A program made the position numbers and the translations under genes. A model generated the notes under the pieces. The model did not search any database, was not told the DNA's origin, and saw only the letters and a program-made list of their open reading frames with translations. This document shows, in pieces, positions 41,893 through 50,914 of a DNA stretch of 55,906 bases. Within the stretch, counting starts at the first letter, position 1. Each line of letters starts with the position of its first letter. This DNA is from an uncultured Oscillospiraceae bacterium (GTDB lineage Bacteria; Bacillota; Clostridia; Oscillospirales; Acutalibacteraceae). The DNA is taken from positions 1-55,906 of the forward strand of contig CASFAA010000198.1 in the NCBI GenBank assembly GCA_949292505.1, in the 5' to 3' direction.

Positions 41893-42032
41893 GGATCGAA
41901 CTGTAGGAATGCACAGGGAGAGAAATGTGGGAATTTTGTGTGAAACAATGAAAAAATGAATAATAAATGAAAGAATAAATTCAAGAAAAGAAAAAATGCA
42001 CAAAAAGCAAAGAAAAATCCGCAGTAAAGACT

Positions 42033-42140
42033 TTACTTTCCCCTGCCAAGCCCGACTGCGCCCATCGCGGTTGCCGCCGCGCCGCACATGACCGTCACGA
42101 TGCCCACGATAAAGACGACGATCGCGAAGCCTTTTGACAT
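42033..42140 (-). CDS. Small hydrophobic single-TM peptide (35 aa)
   Basis: MSKGFAIVVFIVGIVTVMCGAAATAMGAVGLGRGK; SD AAGGAGGTG 6 nt upstream; own promoter. Confidence 0.65.
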   Translation of the reverse strand: MSKGFAIVVFIVGIVTVMCGAAATAMGAVGLGRGK

Positions 42141-42185
42141 AATTTGCACCTCCTTCTCCCTCTGGGACGTCGTTTTCTGCTTCCT

Positions 42186-42215
42186 ATTATAGCACCGCGC
42201 GGCGGGAGGGGTCAA
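42186..42215 (-). promoter_or_regulatory. Extended -10 SigA promoter of the 35-aa peptide
   Basis: TTGACC-18-TATAAT with TG extension. Confidence 0.6.
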
Positions 42216-42345
42216 TACAGGCGGGAGGGCTTTGACGGGTATCCCGCCTGGAAACGGCTTCGGAAACAAAAATTTACAAATCGTTAATTTCCCCATACAG
42301 GTTCTATAGTAGAATAGTGAAAGATTATCAGGCGGGAGGCGCTCT

Positions 42346-43257
42346 ATGTTTGGCTATGTCCGTCCCTACAAGCCCGAGCTTCTGGTTCGGGAGTGGGAAC
42401 AGTACCGCGGCGTATACTGCGGGCTGTGCCGCCGCCTCGGGGAGCTGTTCGGCGGCGCGGCGCGGCTGTCGCTGAGCTACGACGGGACGTTCCTCGCCAT
42501 GCTGGTCATGGGGCTCCGGGAGAGCTGCACGGGCTTCGAGCAGCGGCGCTGCGTGGTCAATCCCGTGAAGCGCTGTGCGTACTGTCTCGCAAAGGACGAG
42601 CCGCTCGACGTCCCCGCCGCCCTGACTGCCATCCTCGCCTGGTACCATCTTCGGGACGACCGCCGCGACGCGGGCGCGGGGAAGCGGGCGCGCTCCCTCG
42701 CGCTGAGTCCGCTGGCCATGCCGGGACGCCGCCGCGCGAAGCGGCTGTTTCCCGCCGTGGAGTCGCTTGCCGCGTCCTATGTCGCCGCGCAGGAGGCGGC
42801 GGAGCGCGACCCGGAGGCGGGGCTCGACGCCTGCGCCGAGCCGACGGCCCGCCTTCTCGAGGAGGCCCTCGTGCTCGCCGTGTTCCGGGGCGGGGAGGAG
42901 GAGAGATCGCTCTCCCGCGTCCTCCGCCAGCTCGGATACCATCTCGGCCGCTGGATTTATCTGATGGACGCCGCCGAAGATTGGCGCGACGACCTGAAAA
43001 AGGGCGCGTTCAACCCGTTTCTCAGGAAGTTTTCCCTGTCCGGCGAGCCGGATGAAGCGTCCGCCCTGCGGCTGCGCGATTATGCGAACGAGACGCTGAA
43101 TATGTCGATGGCGCAGATTACCGCCGCGTTCGCCCTCTTGGAGCTCAGGCAGTTTGAACCGATTCTGCGCAACATCGTTTCTCAGGGTATGCCGGAGCAG
43201 CAGCGGCAAATTTTGTATCAGGACAAAAAGGAGAATGGCCATGTCGGATCCGTATAA
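42346..43257 (+). CDS. DUF5685-family protein
   Basis: [43 protein letters not shown]...D....FNPF. Confidence 0.8.
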   Translation: MFGYVRPYKPELLVREWEQYRGVYCGLCRRLGELFGGAARLSLSYDGTFLAMLVMGLRESCTGFEQRRCVVNPVKRCAYCLAKDEPLDVPAALTAILAWYHLRDDRRDAGAGKRARSLALSPLAMPGRRRAKRLFPAVESLAASYVAAQEAAERDPEAGLDACAEPTARLLEEALVLAVFRGGEEERSLSRVLRQLGYHLGRWIYLMDAAEDWRDDLKKGAFNPFLRKFSLSGEPDEASALRLRDYANETLNMSMAQITAAFALLELRQFEPILRNIVSQGMPEQQRQILYQDKKENGHVGSV

Positions 43258-43912
43258 GGTGCTGGGCGTGTCCCCCACTGCGACAGACGAAGAGGTGAAA
43301 ACTGCATACCGCGAGCTGGCGAAGAAATACCATCCCGACAATTATGCGGACAGTCCCCTTGCGGATCTGGCGGGCGAGAAGATGAAAGAGGTCAACGAGG
43401 CGTACGATCAGGTAATGAACGAGCGCCGTCACCGCGGGAAAAACGGCCAGACGGGAGGCTATCAGGCCGGCGGCTATCAGACCGGCGGCTCCCGGGGGAA
43501 CCCGTATCAGGGCCAGTACGGTTCCTACGGCTACGGAAATTCCTCCTCGTTCCCTGACGTGCGCAGCCTCATCATGAACGGCCGTATCGCCGACGCGGAG
43601 CAGATCCTCAACGGCGTCCCCTCCGACGGCAGAAACGCCGAGTGGTTCTTCCTCAAGGGCACGGTGCTTTACAAGCGCGGCTGGCTCGACGAGGCGTATA
43701 ATCACTTCACCCGCGCTTCCCAGATGGAGCCCGGCAACATGGAATACCGTTCCGCCATGAATCAGGTCATGAATCAGCGAAACGGTGGATTCGGGGGCTA
43801 TCATCCGGGCAGCCAGACGGGCGGCTGCACGACCTGCGACATCTGCAACGGCCTCATCTGCGCCGATTGCTGCTGTGAATGTATGGGCGGTGATTTGATC
43901 CCATGCTGCTGA
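43241..43912 (+). CDS. J-domain protein with Gly/Tyr-rich linker, TPR-like repeat and Cys-rich C-terminal tail
   Basis: [25 protein letters not shown]; AEWFFLKG...A.QMEP.N.EY; tail [28 protein letters not shown]. Confidence 0.85.
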   Translation: MSDPYKVLGVSPTATDEEVKTAYRELAKKYHPDNYADSPLADLAGEKMKEVNEAYDQVMNERRHRGKNGQTGGYQAGGYQTGGSRGNPYQGQYGSYGYGNSSSFPDVRSLIMNGRIADAEQILNGVPSDGRNAEWFFLKGTVLYKRGWLDEAYNHFTRASQMEPGNMEYRSAMNQVMNQRNGGFGGYHPGSQTGGCTTCDICNGLICADCCCECMGGDLIPCC

Positions 43913-44454
43913 AACAAGGCGAAAAAATGGCGTTTGGCGGGATACTCTGCGCGCTGTCCGCCCTCCTTGTCCTGAGCGCCGGCCTTTTCCCGACGATGAC
44001 GTACGCGCTGCCCGCCGTCTCAGGGCTTCTGCTCATTGCCGCTGTGCTTGAGCTCGGAAAGCGCTGGGCTTTTTTCTGTTACATTGCCGTGTCGCTCCTC
44101 GCGTTCTTTTTCGGGACGGACAAGGAGGCCGCCGCGGTGTTCATCCTCTTTTTCGGTTATTACCCGATTTTGAAAGCGCTGCTTGACCCGATCTGCAGCC
44201 GCGCGCTGCGGTGGGTGCTCAAGCTGCTCGTTTTCAACGCGGCCGCCGCCGCGGCGTTTCTCGTCTCGGTGTTTTTGCTCGGCGTCCCGGTGGAATCGTT
44301 CGCTGTTGCGGGGCTATCCCCACAGTGGGTGCTCGCCGCGCTCCTGATTGCGGGCAACCTGGTTTTTGTACTCTACGACAGGGCGGCAGGCGGCATTGTC
44401 CTGCTTTACTGCAGCAGAATCCGACCGGCCATGCGCCGCATTTTCCGAAAATAA
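43903..44454 (+). CDS. Hypothetical integral membrane protein (about 5 TM)
   Basis: Highly hydrophobic; FFGYYPILK and KLLVFN motifs; overlaps the J-protein stop. Confidence 0.75.
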   Translation: MLLKQGEKMAFGGILCALSALLVLSAGLFPTMTYALPAVSGLLLIAAVLELGKRWAFFCYIAVSLLAFFFGTDKEAAAVFILFFGYYPILKALLDPICSRALRWVLKLLVFNAAAAAAFLVSVFLLGVPVESFAVAGLSPQWVLAALLIAGNLVFVLYDRAAGGIVLLYCSRIRPAMRRIFRK

Positions 44455-44468
44455 GCAGCGGACTGCTC

Positions 44469-44500
44469 GGCAGGGACCGGTTTCGGCCCCTGCCTTTTTT
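44469..44500 (+). terminator. Intrinsic terminator
   Basis: GGCAGGG.CCG/CGG.CCCTGCC plus T6. Confidence 0.7.
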
Positions 44501-44663
44501 GCCCATTTTGCAGGAAGAAACGGAGAACCTGCAAAAACGGAGAAAAAGAGCTTGATTTTCAGAGGAAAATTAGATAATATTAAACGTGGAGCCTTTCGCT
44601 CCGCCGGACGCGATATGAATGGCCGAACGTCCGAAGACAGGAAGCAGAGGATGGAATTGGAAG

Positions 44664-45545
44664 ATGAATAACTTATTGACGGTGCGCATCCAGGAGAATA
44701 TGGCCACCTTTTCCAAGGGCCAGAAGCTGATTGCCAGATACATTATGGAGCACTATGACCGGGTCGCCTTCATGACGGCCTCCCGCCTCGGGGCGACGGT
44801 CGGCGTGAGCGAGTCGACGGTGGTGCGCTTCGCCACCGAGATAGGCTATACCGGCTACCCGGAGCTGCAGCAGGCGATGCAGGAGATGATCCGCAACAAG
44901 CTCACAAGCGTGCAGCGCATGGAGGTCACGGCGAACCGCATCGGGGAGAACGACATTCTCGACTCGGTGTTCACACAGGACATGGACATCATCCGCCGCA
45001 CGATGGAGGAGACGTCCCACGAGAACTTCTATGCCGCGGCAGACGCGATCTCGAACGCCCGCCGCGTGTACATCATGGGAGCGCGCAGCTCCCTTGCGCT
45101 CGCGACTTTTATCTCCTACTATCTCAAGCTCCTGCTGGAAAATGTCATCCTCGTCCAGTCCACGAGCGAGGCGGAGATCTTTGAGCAGATGATCCGCATC
45201 GACGAGGGAGACGTCGTGATCGGCATCAGCTTTCCGCGTTACTCGAAAAAGGTGGTCAAGGCGATGAGTTTCGCGAGAAAGAGCGGCGCGAAGGTTGTCG
45301 CCATCACGGACAGCTCGCTCTCCCCGCTGGCGGAGCCTGCCGATTACCTCCTGCTCGCGCGCAGCGATATCGCCTCGATTGTCGATTCGCTCTGCGCGCC
45401 GCTGAGCCTCATCAACGCGCTCCTCGTGACCATCTCGATGAAGCGCAAGAAGGACGCGGAGGAGACCTTCACCAAGCTCGAGCATCTCTGGGACGAGTAC
45501 AACGTCTACGAAAAGGTGGACGAGAAGAGCGACCATGAGGGCTGA
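44664..45545 (+). CDS. MurR/RpiR family transcriptional regulator (HTH + SIS)
   Basis: FSKGQK.IA.YI, GVSESTVVRFA..GY.GYPE, ISFPRYS, VVAITDS..SPLA. Confidence 0.92.
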   Translation: MNNLLTVRIQENMATFSKGQKLIARYIMEHYDRVAFMTASRLGATVGVSESTVVRFATEIGYTGYPELQQAMQEMIRNKLTSVQRMEVTANRIGENDILDSVFTQDMDIIRRTMEETSHENFYAAADAISNARRVYIMGARSSLALATFISYYLKLLLENVILVQSTSEAEIFEQMIRIDEGDVVIGISFPRYSKKVVKAMSFARKSGAKVVAITDSSLSPLAEPADYLLLARSDIASIVDSLCAPLSLINALLVTISMKRKKDAEETFTKLEHLWDEYNVYEKVDEKSDHEG

Positions 45546-46800
45546 TCTGATAGTCGTCGGCGGCGGCGCGGCGGGGATGATGGCCGCGGGCCGCGCGGCG
45601 GAGCTCGGGCTCTCCGTCTGCCTTGTCGAAAAGAACGACCGCCTCGGCCGCAAGCTTGCCATCACCGGCAAGGGCCGCTGCAACATCACGAACAACTGCT
45701 CGGTGCAGGAGCTCATCGCCTCCGTCCCGTCCAACGGGCGGTTCCTGTACGGCGCGGTGTCCGCCTTCACGCCGCAGGACACGATGGCCTTCTTCGAGGG
45801 GCTCGGCGTGCCCGTCAAGACAGAGAGAGGGAACCGCGTGTTTCCCGTCTCCGACCGTGCCCTCGACGTCTCGCAGGCGCTCGAGAGCTGGCTCCGCCGG
45901 AACGGCTGCCGCGTCGTGCGCGGGGAAGCGGACTCGCTGCTGTTGGAGGGGGAGGAGGCTGTGGGCGTCCGCCTGAAGGACTCCTCCGTCCTGTACGGCG
46001 GCGCGGTGCTCGTCGCCTGCGGAGGCGTTTCCTATCCGGGCACCGGTTCCACGGGCGACGGCTTCCGCCTGGCCGAACAGGCGGGCCATACTGTCACGGC
46101 CCTGCGCCCGTCCCTCGTCCCGCTGATTGCAAAGGAGGAGGACTGTGCGGAGCTGATGGGCCTTTCGCTGCGCAACATCGGCCTGTCCGTCTGGGACAGA
46201 AAAAAGAAAAAGGAGCTCTATTCCGATTTCGGCGAGCTGCTTTTCACGCATTTCGGCCTCTCCGGGCCGGTCATCCTGAGCGCGAGCAGCCACATCCGCG
46301 AGATGGAGCCCGGGCGGTACGAGGCGCGCATCGACCTCAAGCCCGCTCTGACGCCGGAGCAGCTCGACGCGCGTCTCCAGCGGGATTTCGGCGAGAACAA
46401 AAACCGCGATTTCGCGAACTCGCTCGGCGCGCTGCTGCCGCGCAAGCTGATCCCCGTCGCCGTGCGCCGTTCCGGGATTCCCGGCACGCTCAAGTGCAAC
46501 GCGATTACCCGGGAAATGCGCTGGGATTTCCTGCGCCTGCTCAAGTGCTTCCCGTTTACGGTGGAGGGCTTCCGGCCGATTGCCGAGGCGATTGTGACGT
46601 CGGGCGGCGTCAGCGTGAAGGAGCTCCAGCCGAAGACGATGGAGTCGAAGCTTGTGCGGAATCTGTATTTTGCAGGCGAGGTCATCGACGTCGACGCATA
46701 CACCGGCGGCTTCAATCTGCAGATTGCGTTTTCCACCGGCAGAGCGGCGGCGGAGGCGGCTGCGAGAAAACAAGGAGATAAAGGAGGAGATCTGCCATGA
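45535..46800 (+). CDS. HI0933/YhiN-family FAD-dependent oxidoreductase
   Basis: GGGAAGMMAA, ITGKGRCNITN, GG.SYP.TGSTGDG, LFTHFG.SGP, AGEV.DVD.YTGGFNLQ.A. Confidence 0.92.
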   Translation: MRADLIVVGGGAAGMMAAGRAAELGLSVCLVEKNDRLGRKLAITGKGRCNITNNCSVQELIASVPSNGRFLYGAVSAFTPQDTMAFFEGLGVPVKTERGNRVFPVSDRALDVSQALESWLRRNGCRVVRGEADSLLLEGEEAVGVRLKDSSVLYGGAVLVACGGVSYPGTGSTGDGFRLAEQAGHTVTALRPSLVPLIAKEEDCAELMGLSLRNIGLSVWDRKKKKELYSDFGELLFTHFGLSGPVILSASSHIREMEPGRYEARIDLKPALTPEQLDARLQRDFGENKNRDFANSLGALLPRKLIPVAVRRSGIPGTLKCNAITREMRWDFLRLLKCFPFTVEGFRPIAEAIVTSGGVSVKELQPKTMESKLVRNLYFAGEVIDVDAYTGGFNLQIAFSTGRAAAEAAARKQGDKGGDLP

Positions 46801-47462
46801 CGGCAGTGGCGATTGACGGGCCGGCCGGCGCGGGAAAAAGCACAGCGGCCAGGGCTGCGGCGAAGCGCCTGGGATATATTTATGTGGATACGGGGGCGAT
46901 GTACCGCGCTGTGGGCGTCCGGATGCTGACCCTTGGCATATCGCCGAAGGAAACCGGCCGCGTGGAGGAGGCGCTCAAGGGATTGTCCGTTTCCCTTCGG
47001 TTCACGGAGGAGGGGCAGCGCGTCCTGCTCAACGGGGAGGACGTCACCGGGCAGATCCGCACGCCGGAGGCGTCGCGGGCAGCCTCTGATTTTTCCGCCC
47101 TGCCGTGCGTGCGCAGCTTCCTGCTGGGCCTGCAGCAGGATCTGGCAAAGACGAACAGCGTCGTCATGGACGGCCGCGACGTGGGGACGGTTGTTCTCCC
47201 GTGGGCTCAGGTGAAGATTTTCCTCACGGCGTCCCCGGAGGAGCGTGCGCGCCGCCGCCATCGGGAGCTGCTCGAAAAGGGAGAGGCTCCTTCCTATGAG
47301 GAGATTCTCTCCGATATGATCGCGCGCGATTACCAGGACTCCCATCGGGAGATTGCGCCGCTTCGGCCCGCTCCCGACGCCGTCCTTCTCGACAGCACCG
47401 GGCTGACGCTCGACGAGGTCGTCGAGCGGATCGTCGGACTGGTCAGAAAGAAGGAGGCATAA
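46797..47462 (+). CDS. cmk: Cytidylate kinase
   Basis: AIDGPAGAGKST, DTGAMYRA, VMDGRDVGTVV, KIFLTAS.EERA.RR. Confidence 0.96.
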   Translation: MTAVAIDGPAGAGKSTAARAAAKRLGYIYVDTGAMYRAVGVRMLTLGISPKETGRVEEALKGLSVSLRFTEEGQRVLLNGEDVTGQIRTPEASRAASDFSALPCVRSFLLGLQQDLAKTNSVVMDGRDVGTVVLPWAQVKIFLTASPEERARRRHRELLEKGEAPSYEEILSDMIARDYQDSHREIAPLRPAPDAVLLDSTGLTLDEVVERIVGLVRKKEA

Positions 47463-47466
47463 CCAG

Positions 47467-48111
47467 ATGAAGAAGACAAAGATCAACAGGCGCACGCCGC
47501 TCTATGGCTTCGGCAAGATTTTTGCCCAGCCGTTTGTGCGTCCGTTTATTCCCTATATCGTGAAGGGCAGGGAGAACGTCCCGCTCGATCGGAATTTTAT
47601 CCTCTGCTCGAACCATCTCGGTATCTCCGATCCGCTCCGCCTCGCGAGCATCGAGCGGCGGCAGATCTATTTCCTCTCTAAGGCGGAGCTCTTCCAGAAC
47701 AAGCCGCTCGCCTGGCTGCTCCGTTCGCTTGGCTGCATTCCCGTCCAGCGCGGACGCGGCGATCTCGGCGCTATCGACCACGCGGGAGAGGTGCTCCAGC
47801 GAGGAGATCTGATGGGCATCTTTATCGAGGGCACGCGCTCCCGCGACGGCGAGCTCGGCCAGCCCAAGGCGGGCGCCGTCATGCTGGCGCACCAGCACGG
47901 CGTACCGATCATTCCCGTGTGCATCACGCCGATCGGCAGCAAGCGCCCGAAGCTCTTTCACCGTGCGATCGTCTCCTACGGCAAGCTGATTCCCCCCGAG
48001 GAGCTCGGCATCCATGAAGGCAAGGGCGTGGAGTACCGCACCGCCAGCCGCCTTGTGATGTCGAGAATTGCCGAGATGCGCGAGCGCGACCTGAAGGAAC
48101 TCGCGGGATGA
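47467..48111 (+). CDS. plsC: Lysophospholipid acyltransferase (PlsC-like), paralog 1
   Basis: NHLGISD (HxxxxD), KAELF, IPVQRG, FIEGTRS, PIIPV. Confidence 0.85.
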   Translation: MKKTKINRRTPLYGFGKIFAQPFVRPFIPYIVKGRENVPLDRNFILCSNHLGISDPLRLASIERRQIYFLSKAELFQNKPLAWLLRSLGCIPVQRGRGDLGAIDHAGEVLQRGDLMGIFIEGTRSRDGELGQPKAGAVMLAHQHGVPIIPVCITPIGSKRPKLFHRAIVSYGKLIPPEELGIHEGKGVEYRTASRLVMSRIAEMRERDLKELAG

Positions 48112-48713
48112 AGCTGTATTTCGTTCTCCTTCGTCTTCTGGGCCCGCTTGCGCGCCTGGTTTTCGGCGTGCGCTGCGTCGGCACGGAGAACATCCCACGG
48201 TCCGGCCCGCTGATTGTCTGCTGCAACCACCGCTCGGTGATCGACCCGCTTCTCCTGGCTGTTCCTTTCCGGCGGCAGGTGCACTATATGGCGAAGTCCG
48301 AGCTCTTTACCGATCATGGGCGGCTTGCGGCATGGTTCCTCAGGAAGATGGGAGCCTTTCCCGTCCAGCGGGACAAGGGAGACGCGGCCTCCGTGCGGAC
48401 GGCGCTCGACCTCCTTGAGAGCGGCGGCGTCCTCGGCCTGTTCCCGGAGGGGCGCGTCATCTTTGAAAACGCGCCGTTTCGCCCGAAGGCGGGCTTCGCT
48501 CTTCTCGCGGAAAAATCGCGCGCGCCCGTCCTGCCGGTCAGCCTGTACTGCGAGGGGGAGCTGCTGCGTTTCCGCAGCCGCGTGACGCTCCGCTTCGGCG
48601 CGCCTCTCAGCGCGGAGGAGCTTTTCGGGGAGGAGACGGGCAGAGGAGCGGTCCGGCGCGCAGCCGCGAGGCTGACAGAAGAAATCAACCGTATGCTGGA
48701 GGAAAAGCATTGA
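48108..48713 (+). CDS. plsC: Lysophospholipid acyltransferase (PlsC-like), paralog 2
   Basis: NHRSVID, MAKSELF, GAFPVQR, LFPEG, PVLPV. Confidence 0.85.
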   Translation: MKLYFVLLRLLGPLARLVFGVRCVGTENIPRSGPLIVCCNHRSVIDPLLLAVPFRRQVHYMAKSELFTDHGRLAAWFLRKMGAFPVQRDKGDAASVRTALDLLESGGVLGLFPEGRVIFENAPFRPKAGFALLAEKSRAPVLPVSLYCEGELLRFRSRVTLRFGAPLSAEELFGEETGRGAVRRAAARLTEEINRMLEEKH

Positions 48714-50677
48714 AAATTACCGTTGCAAAGACAGCCGGCTTCTGCTTCGGCGTCAACCGCGCCGTGGAGACGGTGAACCGTCTTCTCGACGAGGGAGAGA
48801 CCGTCTGGACGCTCGGCCCCATCATTCACAATCCGCAGACGCTCGACTCGCTCGCGGCGCGCGGCGTGCGCATCGCCGAAACGCCCGCAGAGGCGCGCGG
48901 CGGCGTGCTGGTCATCCGCTCGCACGGCGTGGCGAGAAGCGTCCTCGAGGAGGCGGAGCGTGCCGGCGTGCGGACTGTCGACGCGACCTGCCCCTTCGTC
49001 GCGAAGATTCACAGGCTCGTCCAGGAGGCGTCGCGGGAGGGCCGTTTCGTCCTCATCGCGGGCGATGAAAAGCACCCGGAGGTACGCGGAATCGTCGGTC
49101 ACTGCGAAGGAGACTGCTTCGTCTTTTCCGACGCGGAGGAGCTCGACTCCTTTTCCCAGAATCGGAAGGGTTTGCACGGCTGCCCAATTTGTGTGGTTTC
49201 TCAGACGACTTTTTCGCTCTCCGAATGGAAAAATTGTTTGAAAATCGTGAAAAGGGTATATACAAACGCCGCAATTTTTGATACAATATGTAATGCTACT
49301 GCAAATCGTCAATCGGAAGCACAGGCGCTGTCGCGTGTCTGTGACGCAATGATTATCGTCGGAGGGCGGCAAAGCTCCAACACGGCGAAGCTCTACGACG
49401 TCTGCAGGAGGAACTGCGCCTCCTATTTTGTGGAGGACGCGCGGGAGCTTCCTCTGGACGCTTTGCGGGGGGCAGATTCCATTGGCATCACTGCTGGTGC
49501 ATCCACACCGGCAAGCATTATAAAGGAGGTACTTGTTACCATGACAGAAATCAAGGAAAACCAGGATCCTACGATGATGGAGGATGGCGCCAGCTTTGAG
49601 GCGATGCTTGAAGAATCCCTCAAAAGTTTTAATACAGACGAGAAGGTTCGTGGTGTGGTTGTCAGTATTGCGCCCAACGAGGTTTACGTCGATGTAGGCA
49701 GAAAGCAGGCCGGCTTCATTCCGGTGGACGAGCTCTCCGCCGATCCGAACGTCAAGCCCGAGGATATCGTCAAGGTCGGCGATGAGATCGAGCTTCTGAT
49801 TATGCGCACCAACGATCAGGAGGGCACCATCATGCTCTCCAAGAAGCGTCTCGACGCCGCCAAGGGCTGGGAGGCCGTCACCGCCGCTTCCGAGGATGGC
49901 ACCATTCTTGACGGCACCGTGACCGAGATTCTCCCGAAGGGCGGTATCATCGCCGTTACGCACGGCGTGCGCGTCTTCATTCCCGCTTCCCAGGCGACCG
50001 CTTCCCGCGGCGAGCCGCTCGAGGGCCTGCTCAAGCAGGACGTCCGTTTCCGCATCATTGAGGTCAACCGCGGCCGCCGCCGCGCTGTCGGCTCCATCCG
50101 TTCCGTCCTCGCCGACGAGCGCAAGGCTCTCGCCGAGAAGTTCTGGGAGACCGCGGAAGAGGGCAAGGAGTACACGGGCACCGTCAAGAGCCTGACCTCC
50201 TACGGCGCGTTTGTCGATCTCGGCGGCATCGACGGCATGATTCACATCTCTGAGCTGTCCTGGGATCGCATCAAGCACCCGAGCGAGGTTGTGAACGTCG
50301 GCGACACCGTGAAGGTTTATATCAAGGGCCTTGACCGCGAGAAGGGCAAGATTTCCCTCGGCTACAAGCGCCAGGAGGACAATCCGTGGGAGGTTCTCCG
50401 CCGCGACTATCCTGTCGGCTCCGTTGTGGAGGCGACTGTTGTCGGCATGACGACCTTCGGCGCGTTCGCGAGAATCATCCCCGGCATCGACGGCCTGATT
50501 CACATCTCCCAGATTGCCGACCACCGCATCGAGAAGCCGCAGGACGTCCTGAAGATCGGCGACGTCGTGAAGGTGAAGATCACGGAGATCGACTTTGAGA
50601 AGAAGCGCGTGAGCCTCTCCATTCGCGCCCTGCTCGAGGAAGAGCAGAAGGACGCTGAGGCGCCTGTCGAGGAATAA
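48710..50677 (+). CDS. ispH: Bifunctional IspH (HMBPP reductase)/30S ribosomal protein S1 fusion
   Basis: AGFCFGV.RA, IIHNP, IRSHG, DATCPFV, SQTT, TICNAT..RQ, SSNT, GITAGASTP; then S1 repeats (YGAFVDLGGIDG.IHISELSW, FGAFA....DGLIHISQI). Confidence 0.95.
   Translation: MKITVAKTAGFCFGVNRAVETVNRLLDEGETVWTLGPIIHNPQTLDSLAARGVRIAETPAEARGGVLVIRSHGVARSVLEEAERAGVRTVDATCPFVAKIHRLVQEASREGRFVLIAGDEKHPEVRGIVGHCEGDCFVFSDAEELDSFSQNRKGLHGCPICVVSQTTFSLSEWKNCLKIVKRVYTNAAIFDTICNATANRQSEAQALSRVCDAMIIVGGRQSSNTAKLYDVCRRNCASYFVEDARELPLDALRGADSIGITAGASTPASIIKEVLVTMTEIKENQDPTMMEDGASFEAMLEESLKSFNTDEKVRGVVVSIAPNEVYVDVGRKQAGFIPVDELSADPNVKPEDIVKVGDEIELLIMRTNDQEGTIMLSKKRLDAAKGWEAVTAASEDGTILDGTVTEILPKGGIIAVTHGVRVFIPASQATASRGEPLEGLLKQDVRFRIIEVNRGRRRAVGSIRSVLADERKALAEKFWETAEEGKEYTGTVKSLTSYGAFVDLGGIDGMIHISELSWDRIKHPSEVVNVGDTVKVYIKGLDREKGKISLGYKRQEDNPWEVLRRDYPVGSVVEATVVGMTTFGAFARIIPGIDGLIHISQIADHRIEKPQDVLKIGDVVKVKITEIDFEKKRVSLSIRALLEEEQKDAEAPVEE
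49259..49287 (+). promoter_or_regulatory. Putative internal promoter inside ispH for S1
   Basis: TATACA-17-TACAAT with TG extension in a locally AT-rich coding patch; SD AAAGGAGGT and in-frame ATG 49541 downstream. Confidence 0.5.
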
Positions 50678-50698
50678 GCCTCTCCTTAGCACCATTTC

Positions 50699-50732
50699 AG
50701 GCAGCGAAGCATCTTTGCTTCGCTGCCTTTTT
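50699..50732 (+). terminator. Intrinsic terminator
   Basis: AGGCAGCGAAGCA/TGCTTCGCTGCCT plus U-tract. Confidence 0.85.
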
Positions 50733-50763
50733 CTGTTTTGTGCAGATGGCCTGGATGTGAAAA

Positions 50764-50818
50764 TTTATAAGTAGTTCACAATTACAGATTTGCATATTCG
50801 ACGAATATCATGTATAAT
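50764..50818 (+). promoter_or_regulatory. gltA promoter with possible Rex-like site upstream
   Basis: TTGCAT-17-TATAAT (50790-50818); TTTATAA-gtag-TTCACAA at 50764-50781. Confidence 0.6.
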
Positions 50819-50914
50819 AGAAGACAAATATACAAGCTATGCGAGTGAATGCATGGAGACTGCCCTTTGCCGCATCGGGCAAAGGCCAACGGAAAAAGAG
50901 AGGAGAGAACCAAT

